Assembly (NCBI GenBank): GCA_963665115.1
Contig: OY762007.1
Location: 352,001 to 416,000 of the forward strand
Source: an uncultured Rivularia sp.
Lineage (GTDB): Bacteria > Cyanobacteriota > Cyanobacteriia > Cyanobacteriales > Nostocaceae
Direction of reading: 5' to 3'
DNA: 64,000 bases
Below the pieces are notes generated by a model that had not been told where the DNA came from, searched no databases, and worked only from the letters and a program-made list of their open reading frames with translations. Positions 11,013 through 22,000 of this stretch are shown here, piece after piece. Made by a program: the position numbers and the translations under genes. Numbering within the stretch: the stretch's first letter is position 1; each line of letters opens with the position of its first letter.

Positions 11013-11123
11013 TAAGCAAAATTCAAAAATAAAAGGCAGGCTATAAGCCCACCCCACAAAAAATCCATTAAAAACTAACTATCAACCATTAATAATTGAT
11101 AATTGATAATTGTTCATTGATTC

Positions 11124-11400
11124 TCAGCCGCCAGCTACAGCAGGAACGATACTTACTTCATCACCATCTTTTAAAGGTGTCGCCGCACCATCCAAGAAGC
11201 GGATATCTTCGCTATTTACATATAAATTTAAAAAACGACGCGGTTTTCCGGATTCATCGCATAAACGGGACTTAATACCGGGGACAAGCTTTTTCTAAAG
11301 AATCGAAGAGTTCGGTAATGGTGTTACCGCTACATTCTAAAGTCGCTTGATTATTAGTGAATTTTTGAAGTGCGGTGGGAACGAGAACTTTTACAGACAT
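11124..11400 (-). CDS. MoaD/ThiS-family sulfur carrier (apparent +1 frameshift at 11280-11283)
   Basis: [35 protein letters not shown]; di-Gly end restored by removing one base from the G run. Confidence 0.85.
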
Positions 11401-11521
11401 ATCTTTTGAAATTGAAATTGGAATGGGAATTGGGCATTGGGCATTGGGCATTGGGTTGGGAGACAAGATGAAGAATAAACTAACTACTCCCTACTCCCTA
11501 CTCCCTACTCCCTAATCTTAA

Positions 11522-12826
11522 TTAAACCAAAACTTGCTGCCACTCTAAGCGATCGAGGGTGCGTGAACGTTCGAGGGCTGATTCAAAGCTATCGAGTTTC
11601 GCGTCAATTGTCAAAGGTTCGCCGACGCAACTCTGTACTGCTTCTTGGGTTTTTAAACCGTTGCCTGTGATATATACAACTGTGGTTTCTTCAGGATCGA
11701 TTTTGCCTGCTTCTACCAGTTTCTTTAATACCGCAACTGTTGTACCACCAGCAGTTTCTGTGAATATACCTTCGGTTTCCGCGAGCAGTTTCATGCCTTC
11801 GATAATTTCAGTATCGTTGACTGTTTCTATATTACCGTTGGTTTTGTTCGCTATTTCTACTGCGTAAATACCATCTGCTGGATTTCCAATTGCAATAGAT
11901 TTGGCGATGGTATTTGGCTTTACTGGCTCAATGAAATCGCGCTTTTCTTTGAATGCTTTGGCGATTGGGGAACATCCTTCAGCTTGTGCGCCGCTGAATC
12001 TAACGTTCTTATCTTCTACTAAACCTACTTCTTTAAATTCGTTGAAGCCTTTATAAATTTTGCTGAATAAAGAACCGCTTGCCAAAGGTGCCACTATATG
12101 GTCTGGCAATTCCCAACCTAGTTGTTCGGCAACTTCAAAACCTAATGTTTTGGAACCTTCGGAATAGTAAGGACGCAAGTTAATATTTACAAATCCCCAT
12201 CCGTGGGTATTCGCAACTTCCGAACACAGACGGTTAACTTGGTCGTAATTTCCCTTAACAGCCATCAAAGTCGGGCTATAAATAAGACTTCCTAAAATTT
12301 TACCGGCTTCTAAATCGGCGGGTATAAACACGCAACAATCTAAACCTGCATGAGCTGCGATCGCGGCGGTCGAATTTGCTAAGTTTCCGGTGCTGGCGCA
12401 GGATACTGTAGTAAAACCCAATTCCTTGGCGCGAGTCATCGCCACAGATACTACCCGATCTTTGAAGCTCAGGGTAGGCATATTAACGGCATCATTCTTT
12501 ATATATAGTTTCTTTAAACCCAAGCGACGAGCCAAACGATGCGAGCGAACCAAAGGAGTCATACCCGTTCCAACATCAATGGGGTTTTCGCTAGTTACAG
12601 GCAAAAATTTACCATAGCGCCATATAGAATTAGGTCCCGCTTGAATGGTTTCGCGAGTTACCGTTTGACGCAATTTGCTGTAATCGTAGCTTACCTCCAA
12701 AGGACCAAAGCAGAATTCACATACGTTTTTTGCTTCAAGTTCGTACTCTGCACCACATTCTTTACACTTCAAGGCATGAAAAGCATGGGTAAAGCTTTGG
12801 TTTTGGATGTTGGTTGCCGCTTGCAT
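11522..12826 (-). CDS. thrC: Threonine synthase-like PLP enzyme
   Basis: PTLSFKDR, ASTGNLA, TGNGLK; N-terminal CxxC..CxxC; upstream of a sulfur carrier. Confidence 0.8.
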   Translation of the reverse strand: MQAATNIQNQSFTHAFHALKCKECGAEYELEAKNVCEFCFGPLEVSYDYSKLRQTVTRETIQAGPNSIWRYGKFLPVTSENPIDVGTGMTPLVRSHRLARRLGLKKLYIKNDAVNMPTLSFKDRVVSVAMTRAKELGFTTVSCASTGNLANSTAAIAAHAGLDCCVFIPADLEAGKILGSLIYSPTLMAVKGNYDQVNRLCSEVANTHGWGFVNINLRPYYSEGSKTLGFEVAEQLGWELPDHIVAPLASGSLFSKIYKGFNEFKEVGLVEDKNVRFSGAQAEGCSPIAKAFKEKRDFIEPVKPNTIAKSIAIGNPADGIYAVEIANKTNGNIETVNDTEIIEGMKLLAETEGIFTETAGGTTVAVLKKLVEAGKIDPEETTVVYITGNGLKTQEAVQSCVGEPLTIDAKLDSFESALERSRTLDRLEWQQVLV

Positions 12827-12871
12827 TTGGTGTATCTCCCTGGAAAACCTTTAACTGTCAACTGTCGGCTG

Positions 12872-12928
12872 ATAGTAACATGGCTCAAATGCCGAGTCAA
12901 ATAATCCCGATAAATTTTGTCGGGATTA
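12872..12928 (-). promoter_or_regulatory. Promoter with adjacent palindromic operator
   Basis: TTGACT, 17 bp, TACTAT (TG-extended); perfect TAATCCCGA-N9-TCGGGATTA at 12902-12928 abuts the -35. Confidence 0.6.
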
Positions 12929-13684
12929 GATTAATGCTGGTTTTTTGTGGAGACGTTGCAATTAATCCTGTCTGTGTAAACTATCTTTTGCTTTACCTGA
13001 GCCAAAAAAATGTGATGAGGCTATGAAACCTGTGTAGAAATTAGCCCAAACAGTAATTCTATTTTTAATAGAATTTAACGAAAGTAATATAATCCTTTGC
13101 TTCTTAAGCGATGTCTCTTTGTGTATATACATAATCCCTTAATCCTTAAATTATTCATTCGCAATGAAAGTCCTCAAAAGTTAACGACTTAATCTAATAC
13201 CTATGTGGATCGCAGCTTTCTTTTGCTATTAACATATAAATTGTGATATGGCTGTGACATAAATTGCGAACAACGTGTGATAAATTTACGCAGAAATATC
13301 CAGATTCTTATGTATAAGAAAAATCAAAAAAATTGATCGGGAAAATTCCTTTAATTTTTATAATTTCCATATTTATACTGACGATATGATAAAGATTTAA
13401 AATTAAGATTTATCTGTTACCAAAAATACTTTCGATATTTCTGACAAATCAAAAAACCTAAAAAAACTCCATGTTTAAGAGTAAAAGAGCAGCTTCCGGG
13501 CATCAGGGCTAGGTCTATCTACCAATCAGTTCGGGGAAATATCAAAGTTGATTTGGTTGAAGCTATACTCAATAACTTGGGTTTATAGGTGATGAATGCT
13601 ATTAGCAATTCCAAAAGAGTTGCAAAAAAAAACCTACGTGCTTGCACGCAGGTTGAGAAGTCATAATTTGCTATTAATTCTAAA

Positions 13685-16226
13685 ATGTCACAGAAAAAGA
13701 AATTTGTCAAAAAGGGACAGGTCTACCGTTCCTTGGTTGCGGCTGCATTGATTGCTAATGGTGTATTTCAATTTATTGCTCCTGTATTAGCTCAAACATC
13801 AGCAGGTGGGGAAATTAAGAACAGAGCTACGGCAACCTACGAAGACCCCCACAGATCCGGGAACAACAATCAATACCACATCCAACGAAGTAGTTGTACA
13901 AGTTGCGGAAGTAGCAGGTATCACCGTTACAGGTGCCGGTACTACATTGAACACGGATGCTGATGGCGATAATACTCCCGATGCTGGCGATGAAGTTTAC
14001 TTTAACTACACCGTTACTAACGTTGGTAATGACTCAACACAGTTCAGAATACCAAACTTAGCAAGTACAACAGGTCCAGCTACTGTTTCTGGCAGTTTGG
14101 AATATAGTACTGATGGTGGTACTACTTGGATACCAATCGACAGCGGTGCAGGAGAAACTGAAGTCACAGTACCGGAGATTCCAGTTGGGGGTACAGTACA
14201 AGTTCGCGTTCCTGTTACAGTCGCAGCTGGTGCTCAAGCAGACGATATTATCACCGTTAAGTTGGGTGATACTCCAGGTGATGCCCAAAACCAACCACGT
14301 AATCCTGATGGTGGTGACATTTACACCGTGGATAACCCCGATGGCACTGGTAATGGTGAAGTAGATGGCGCTCCTGTTAACGGTACTCGTGAAGCTAGTG
14401 CTACTCAAGAAATTCAAGTCGATGCAACCTTAAAGACCTATGCATTGGCAAAGGTACTCAAAGAACGTAGTGACTACAGTAATTCGGGAACTCTAACTGA
14501 TATTACTGATGACACTTTAACCTACGACCTCAGCTTAGAAGTTGAGCAAAATGATTCTACTAACAGTGGAATTACTCCTGCACCATTAGTTGGTACAAAT
14601 ATTACTGTTGATGGTACCGCTAGTCCCCGTATCTTAGTTTCCGATGCAATTCCAGCTGGTACAGACTTGGCTAGCGTGCCTGCTGCACCTCCTGGTTGGG
14701 AAGTCGTTTACACCACAGATGCGGTAACAATAGATGCCAATGCAGCGACTTGGACTACAACAGCCCCGTCTCCTTTATCAACCGTAACCCGCGTTGGTTT
14801 TGTTAACAATCCTGGTATAGTCACCTCTGTTAACCCAGGTCAAACGGTAACTGGTTTCAAGATTAATCTTGTAGTTGAATCAACGGCAACAGCACCGTTA
14901 ACTGTCAACAATATCGCTCAGTTATTCGGTTCGTCTCCTGATAACGATAACGATGCCACCAACAATCCTCCAGTATATGACGAATCTGGTGATCAAAACC
15001 CCAGTAACTTTAATGATGATGGTACACCACTGACAGGAACAGATCCTGATGGTGATGGTATCCCCGAGACATTACCTGATACTGTTGTTGATGATGGTTT
15101 CATTGACGATCCTGCTGATGAAACGGCGACTGGAGTTGACACTGGAAACAATAACAGCGCTACAGGCAGTGAAGGTGGTGAACTGAACCAGTTTGTTATC
15201 GACCCAGATGCAAATGCACTAGTGAATGGACCTGAAGGTAGTCCAGATGCAATTGGTCCTACAGATAATAACGATGACTTCACCAACAAGTCTTCCTTAG
15301 TACCGCCTAATCTTGTACCAGATAATGGTACTACAATCGACCCAGCACCCGTAGCTTTCACGAATACCGTTGAAAATGGTAGTGCTACTCCAACTGATAT
15401 TTCACTGGTTCCCGCCCCACCTGCTAATCCCGCGGATTTACCTACTGGTACTACAGTAACTGTTAGTTATGATGCTGATTCTGTAGTTTACACCTGGGAT
15501 GGTACCAACTTTAATCCTCCTGCTGGTACTCCTCCTATTATCATTACTGCAGTACAACCTGGTCAAGAAGTCAACTATGGTGTTGAAGTCAACTTACCAA
15601 GTGATACACCTTTATCTACTGACTTGAATGACCCCGCAGACCCCAATTCCGGTACAATCGGTGGTTTCCCAGTTCCGATCAGAGCCTTTGTTGACGATGG
15701 AACTCCAGGTTTCGATGGTACAGAAGTTAACAATATCACTATTGACCAGGTATACACTGGCTACTTAAGACTGGATAAAGAGTCTAGAATTCTCAAAGGT
15801 GATGGCCCAGACGTATTAACTGGTCAGGATCAGTTCAGTAAAGATGAGAAGCAGCCTTCGGAAGGCAACTTGATTGAATACCGAATTATCTACAGCAACA
15901 TCTCTGATGCTGAAGCTGGAGATGGCAACATTACTTTAGATGCCGATAATGTGGTAGTCGAAGACGATGGTACCCTTGGTGATAACAACTGGGCAAAAGA
16001 CAATGATGGCGATAACATTATTGATACCAGTAACGTAGTTGGTTCTGCTCAAGATTCTGATGGTGGAAATATCCAATTCTTCAGCGGCGATCCTGCAACA
16101 ACTACCGCACAAGATCAAACAGGTACAGATGCTAATACTGATGTTACTAAGTATGTAGACGAAGTGGCACAACCTGTTGAACCTGGTGCGTCAGGAAACT
16201 TCACCTTCCAACGTAAGGTTAACTAA
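13685..16226 (+). CDS. Secreted acidic multi-Ig DUF11 protein, putative major fibre subunit (apparent +1 frameshift at 13846-13850)
   Basis: Signal peptide ..APVLA-Q; EIKNRATATYEDP|TDPGTTINTTSNEVVVQVAEVAGI; ends GNFTFQRKVN. Confidence 0.8.
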
Positions 16227-16236
16227 ATAAGTTTTG

Positions 16237-16267
16237 AATAGGGATGTTGGATTGCAACATCTCTATT
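16237..16267 (+). terminator. Stem-loop after the putative major subunit
   Basis: AATAGGGATGTTG-GATTG-CAACATCTCTATT. Confidence 0.55.
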
Positions 16268-16302
16268 AATATCAAGTCTGCTTCGTTACCCAGCGCCTGA
16301 CA

Positions 16303-16396
16303 GACTTACGCCTTCATTCGGCTCCTAAAAACGGCAAAGGGTTGAGGGAATTCTGAGGTAATAAATACTTAATTTTTCTTGCCCGTTGCGTAAGTC
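16303..16396. mobile_element. Short MITE-like element
   Basis: TIRs GACTTACGC/GCGTAAGTC; related ends at 49256-49344 and 40179-40445. Confidence 0.55.
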
Positions 16397-16452
16397 CTAT
16401 TGGTATAAATGGTTAAATTTCCTAAAACGTTGATTTAGAAGAGGTATTGACA

Positions 16453-17029
16453 ATGAAAATAAAGCATGGCTCGTTTGTAGGTTTAAGCGCTCTAGCGATT
16501 ATCGCAACTATTTCCTTTAGCAATGCAATTCCTGCTGTCACGAATGCATTCAGTGGTGGAATTGCAAACGCGCAAAATGCTAAGAAGTCACAAGTACAGC
16601 TACGCTTAGAAGCTGAAAAGAAAATTGTTGGCAAAGATGCTCAAGGCAATAGAAAAGTAACTTGGCAAGGATTAAAAGATGGCGCTCAAGTACAGCCAGG
16701 AGATGTATTACGTTACTCTGTAAGTGGTGCAAACAATGGTACTAAAGCAGTCAAAAATCTTGCTATCAATCAGCCAATTCCTAGAGGAATGTCTTTCCTA
16801 CTGAATTCTGCAACTGTAAATGCTAATTCCGGCGCACAAATTACTTACAGTATTAACGATGGTAAGACTTTTGTAAAAAATCCTACTGTCCAAGTTAAGT
16901 TAGCAGACGGTACGGTAGTAACCCGTCCCCGCTCCAGATATTGCTTATACTCACATCCGCTGGAACTTTGGTAAATCCGTTCCTGCAAAAGCAGCAGTTA
17001 ATGGCACTTATCAAGTAAAAGTACGGTAA
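16453..17029 (+). CDS. Secreted single-domain DUF11 protein (apparent +1 frameshift at 16927-16930)
   Basis: GAGG SD; signal peptide; LEAEKK..QPGDVLRYSVSGANNG..INQPIPRG..TRP|APDIAYTHIRWNF..GTYQVKVR*. Confidence 0.8.
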
Positions 17030-17081
17030 CTAAATTTTAGGAGACGTTGCGGTGTAACGTCTCTAAAACAATAAAAAATAA

Positions 17082-17216
17082 GGCATTGCTGAATCGTGCG
17101 GATGAATTGGCAATTTCACGTTATATGAGACTTACCAGTGCAGATATCTTTACACAGATTTCGGACTTACTACAAAATACAAACAAATATAATTCATTGC
17201 ACAATTCAGCAACGCC
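17082..17216. mobile_element. MITE-like element
   Basis: TIRs GGCATTGCTGAAT and ATTCAGCAACGCC. Confidence 0.55.
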
Positions 17217-17485
17217 AAAAACAATTTATAACTATCGAAGATACCCATGATGGTAAATGGGGTAATTAGATGCAAAATATTATTAGGGTGAGATAGGAAG
17301 AAGTAATCCCATTACTTAAGATGAACCGCACCCTCCAGTTGAATGCTTAGTTTCTGGCAACGACTAAGCGTATTACATTTATTTTTATCCATCTACTTAA
17401 AAGCTTGATAATGCGTTAGCAGACATAACGGTAAGAAATCAAAAAACGCTAAGTGTCTTATTATTAATTATATTAGGAGAAATTT

Positions 17486-19051
17486 GTGAGCCGCAAAAAG
17501 AAGCGATACCAGATTTATGGTAGTAGCTGGTTCCGACGGATAGCGGCTACCTTTTTAGCAGGAAGTATTGTTCAAAGTTCTATCTCTACATTTGCTCAAG
17601 AGGTTCCGAGTCCGTCAATTAACAACCAAGCTGAATTTAGTTATAAAAATAAAAAAGCTAGTCAAAATTTTCGGGGAATTACTAGTCAAATACAACTTGC
17701 TCCTTCAACTTCTGACCCAGAATCACCATTAATCGACCCGTTTGGACAAATTTTAGGTTGTAATAGCGAGGAATTAGACGATTATACGGGTTTTAGAGTT
17801 ACTTTATTTAATCCTGACCCTAACGACGCAACAGGAACAGAACCGGGGACAGAGGTTGACTTAACTGTAACCGATGACGATCCAAATACTGCTACTCCTC
17901 AAGGTATACAACCCAATATTACGAATACTAATAATTATGCTGTCACGAATGAAGCAGTTATTGATAGTAACGGTGAGTCTAAACGAGGTGTTTATAACTT
18001 CTTGTTTGACCAAAGCAAGAATCAAACCGATGTAGGTCGTACTTATATTTTAGTTATTAATCCTCCAGAAAATTCTAGTTTTACCGAGCGACGAATAAGA
18101 TTAGAAATTCAAAGTTTAAATGGCAATATCCTGACTTATATTGCTACCGCTTTAGATGGTCAGCCGATTACTGCTACAGGTGAAAATGCCGTTCAAATTT
18201 CTGATACTCAAATTTCCCAAGAATCTGTAGTTATCGATGATGCGGAAAGAATCGGATTAGCTTTAGCCCTTCAATTTAATTTAGATTTATGCTCTCCCGA
18301 GCAAATCCGCATCACTAAAACCGGAGATAGAGCTACAGCAGAACCTGGAGAAACGACTGTTTATCGTCTCTCGTTGAGAAATACAGGTGATGTTGGTTTG
18401 AATGATATAGTCGTTACCGACCAATTCCCCCTCGGATTCAAATTCTTACCCAAATCTGTTCGCGGTCAAATTGGGGATGAAGAAGTTGCTGTAACTACTG
18501 AAACAAATGGTTCAACCGTTACCTTCCGGACTGATGCAACAATTCCGGTTGATGGAGTTCTTAATATTGCTTACGCTGCAAAATTAACTCCCGATGCGGT
18601 GCGTGGTTCGGGTAGGAATACAGCGACTGTTAACGCCGAACGTATTGATAATGATTTTGCTGTCAAAGATGGACCAGCATCCCATTTACTTAAGATTCGT
18701 CCGGGAATTACTTCCGATTGCGGTACTATCATCGGTCGCGTATTTGTTGATAAAAACTTTGATGGGGAACAGCAAGCAGGTGAACCGGGAGTACCAAATG
18801 CGGTGGTCTTCTTAGAAAACGGCAACCGTATTACTACTGACCCAGACGGATTATATTCTGTCAAAAATGTATTGCCAGGTAAACATACAGGCGTTCTGGA
18901 TTTACAGAGTCTACCCGGCTATACTTTGGCTCCCAATGTCAAATTCAAAGAACGCAACAGCCAATCACGACTAGTAAATTTAGAACCTGGTGGAATGGTA
19001 AGAATGAACTTCGCAGTCACTCCTAGCTTTGGTGAGGAGGCAAAGAAATGA
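17486..19051 (+). CDS. Secreted DUF11 plus SdrD-B-like protein, putative base/anchor subunit
   Basis: SINNQAEFSY; ITKTGD..PGE..Y..VTDQFP..RNTATV; GRVFVDKNFDGEQQAGEPG; ATGA overlap with the next gene. Confidence 0.8.
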   Translation: MSRKKKRYQIYGSSWFRRIAATFLAGSIVQSSISTFAQEVPSPSINNQAEFSYKNKKASQNFRGITSQIQLAPSTSDPESPLIDPFGQILGCNSEELDDYTGFRVTLFNPDPNDATGTEPGTEVDLTVTDDDPNTATPQGIQPNITNTNNYAVTNEAVIDSNGESKRGVYNFLFDQSKNQTDVGRTYILVINPPENSSFTERRIRLEIQSLNGNILTYIATALDGQPITATGENAVQISDTQISQESVVIDDAERIGLALALQFNLDLCSPEQIRITKTGDRATAEPGETTVYRLSLRNTGDVGLNDIVVTDQFPLGFKFLPKSVRGQIGDEEVAVTTETNGSTVTFRTDATIPVDGVLNIAYAAKLTPDAVRGSGRNTATVNAERIDNDFAVKDGPASHLLKIRPGITSDCGTIIGRVFVDKNFDGEQQAGEPGVPNAVVFLENGNRITTDPDGLYSVKNVLPGKHTGVLDLQSLPGYTLAPNVKFKERNSQSRLVNLEPGGMVRMNFAVTPSFGEEAKK

Positions 19052-22000
19052 AACGACAATTAAATCGTACAGATACTTTTAATTTAAAGTTAGTCGGTGT
19101 AATGGCAGGAGCTATGACTGTGGTGTTATCCCCAATCATCGCAAGTGCAGAGTCTAAATCACAATCTACAAAACTTGAAGTTACAAAAGGAAAAGATTCC
19201 GAAGATAACAATCAATCTACTCGTTCTAAAAGAATTCTAAAAGTACTTGAAGTCCAAAATCGGAATAGTAAGAATAGTAAGAACAACAATAAAGATAAAA
19301 TTACTCCAGATTTTAATGAAGAGAGTAATACAGATTTGACTGCTAATTTACAAAAATTAGTAGCAGAAGGCAATAATAGCGCAGGATATATTTTAGCTGC
19401 ATTAAAAGCATCGGATATAAATGCAAAAAAAATATCTAGCAGTTTACAGAAGTTGGCAGACGAACGTAAAAAGGCGAATGATGAAAAGCTGATTGCTTTA
19501 AAGTCTGTTGAAGTTTCCGAACCTAAATTATCTCTAGTACAAAAGCTAAAAGTAACGCGCAATCATATCACCGATTCAAAAAAAGAATTGGTTGCTTTAG
19601 AGCCATCTCACAGTGAGAATAAGCTGCTTGAAGAAGATAACATGAATTTAGAGACGCAATCTATTGCGTCTACTATTAAATCTGAGAAAATAACAATTAA
19701 AGAGGCAGAGTATAATCCATTTTTACAAAATAGTTTATTTTCGATAGATATAGATAAAAAGTTATCTGATAACTTGCAAAAAATAAATCCAGCGGATAAT
19801 TATTTAGTTGCTTTAGAACCTTTTCTTGACGAACAAAAGCCAGTTGAATCGAAAATTGGTTCAAATAGTAAAGGTAAATATTTACTCTCTCTAGAACCTT
19901 TTATTAACGAAGAAAAGCCAACACAATCACCACAAAGTTCTACAGATAATTATTTTCTTGCTTCATTAACTAGCGAGAAAAATACATTTGCTTCGCGCAC
20001 ACTAAGCCCTTCGGGCATACTTAGCGAACGCGAACGCACTGAGAATTTTAATACTTGGAATGCTCCCAAACGTGGTAACTATTTTCTTGCTTTAGAACCT
20101 TTTCTTAATGAACAAAAGCTGGTTGAATCGAAAATTAGTCCAAATAGTAATTATTTTCTGGCTTTAGAACCTTTCCTCAAGCAAGAACAATCAGTAGAAT
20201 CTCAAATTCAAAATATATCAGAAAACGAAACAAATGTAAGACAATGGTTTTCTCAACTGGTTGCAATCAATGTATTTGAATCAACCCCTAAGAATCAAAT
20301 ACTAGAAAATGCCCCTACTTTAATTGCAAAGAATTGGAACGCAGATAATTTTACCAATAAAGACTATAGTTTTACATCATTAGTTGCCATAAAACCTTCA
20401 TCTTTTGCAGATAATGCAGATAATTATGAAAATAATTCATCTGAGATGCAACTAGCAGCAAGGTATAGTTCATTTAATTCTGGTGACAATCGCAATCAAG
20501 AGTTTCCGGGAAATAACCTGCTGACAGTTTATTCTAAATCTCCTTTTGGATTACCGAATTTAGAAAATTTAAACCCTAATTTAGCACCAAATTCTACTCA
20601 ATATATTTCTCAATTTCCCAAAGATACTAATAATTCTTCAACTGTAGTAATCCTCTCACCCACACCTGATGCTCTTGTGGATGTGGCTGCTACTCCAATT
20701 ATCGTGCAGTTCCCCGTAGGTAACGAAGTAGAATTACGAGTTAACGGGGAATTATCCGACCGTTCTTTAATTGGACGAACCGAAACAAACCCCGATACCG
20801 ATTTAGTTACGCAGACTTGGTATGGTGTTTCTCTGCAAAATGGAGAAAATGTTATATCGGCTCAGGTTCTTGGCTCCAAGGAACCTCCCGCTACGGTAAA
20901 GATAATGGTAAGGGGTGGAGCGAACGAACTAAAAATAGATACGGTAGAAGCACGGATTCCTGCTGACGGAATTTCTACGGCGACTATTAAAGGTACGTTA
21001 CTCGATGAAAATGGCAATCGTTCCAATCACGATGCAGTTGTTACTTTAGCAACTACTGCTGGGGAATTTGTCGAACCCGATTTTAAACCAGGACAACCGG
21101 GATTTCAAATACAGGCAAAAACTGGAGAATTTACTGCAACTCTAAAATCCGATTTAGAAGCGAAAACTGTACGAATTAAGGCGAAAGCTGGAAAATTAGA
21201 AGCTTTTACACAACTGCAATTTCAAACGGCTTTGCGTCCTAGTTTGATGACGGGGGTTATTGATTTTCGCTTAGGTGCTAGAGGTACAGATTTCTATAGT
21301 AGATTTAAAGATTTCCTCCCAGAAGACGAAGACAACGATACCGAAGTCAAATTCCGTTCGGCTGTATTTGCAACTGGTGCAATTGGTGAATGGCTGGTAA
21401 CTGGTGCTTATGATAGCAGTCGCTCTTTAAATGAAGATTGTAACTGCGATAATCGCTTATTTGGAACTTACCAGTTTAACGAAAATAATTACCCTACTTA
21501 CGGTGATAGTTCTACAGTAAATGCTACGACTCCATCTACTGACAGCGTATATTTACGGTTAGAGCGCTCGTCTCGTACTCCGGGGGCTAATCCCGATTAT
21601 GCGATGTGGGGTGATTACAACACTGAAGAATTTTCTCGTTCTTCACAGCAGTTTACTTCCCTGACTCGTCAGCTACACGGTTTCAAAGCTAATTACAATA
21701 TTGGCAAACTTCAAGCTACAGCTTTCTACGGCAACAATATAGAAGGTTTTCAACGCGATATCTTACCCCCTGACGGAACCAGCGGTTTTTACTTTTTATC
21801 TCGCAGATTAACCGTACCCGGTAGTGAAAGTGTCTTCATTGAATTAGAAGAATTGAATCGTCCCGGTACCGTATTGCAACGGGAACGGTTGAATAGGGGT
21901 GCGGATTACGAGATTGATTACGATAGAGGAACAGTTCTATTCCGCGAACCAGTTTTACGTACAGATGTCAATGAATTTGGTGAAGTTTTGGTAAGACGTA

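Noticed and set aside
10782..11068. Short ORFs rich in IPNPQ/GIGDW (also 50010-50240)
   Set aside because: Translations of STRR tandem repeats.
13240..13295. CRP- or NtcA-like sites upstream of the DUF11 cluster
   Set aside because: Several TGTGA half-sites but no properly spaced TCACA partner; I also could not support a riboswitch in the leader.
14058..15361. Antisense and alternate-frame ORFs within large genes, here and elsewhere
   Set aside because: Shadow ORFs expected from the codon bias of the sense genes; no independent evidence.
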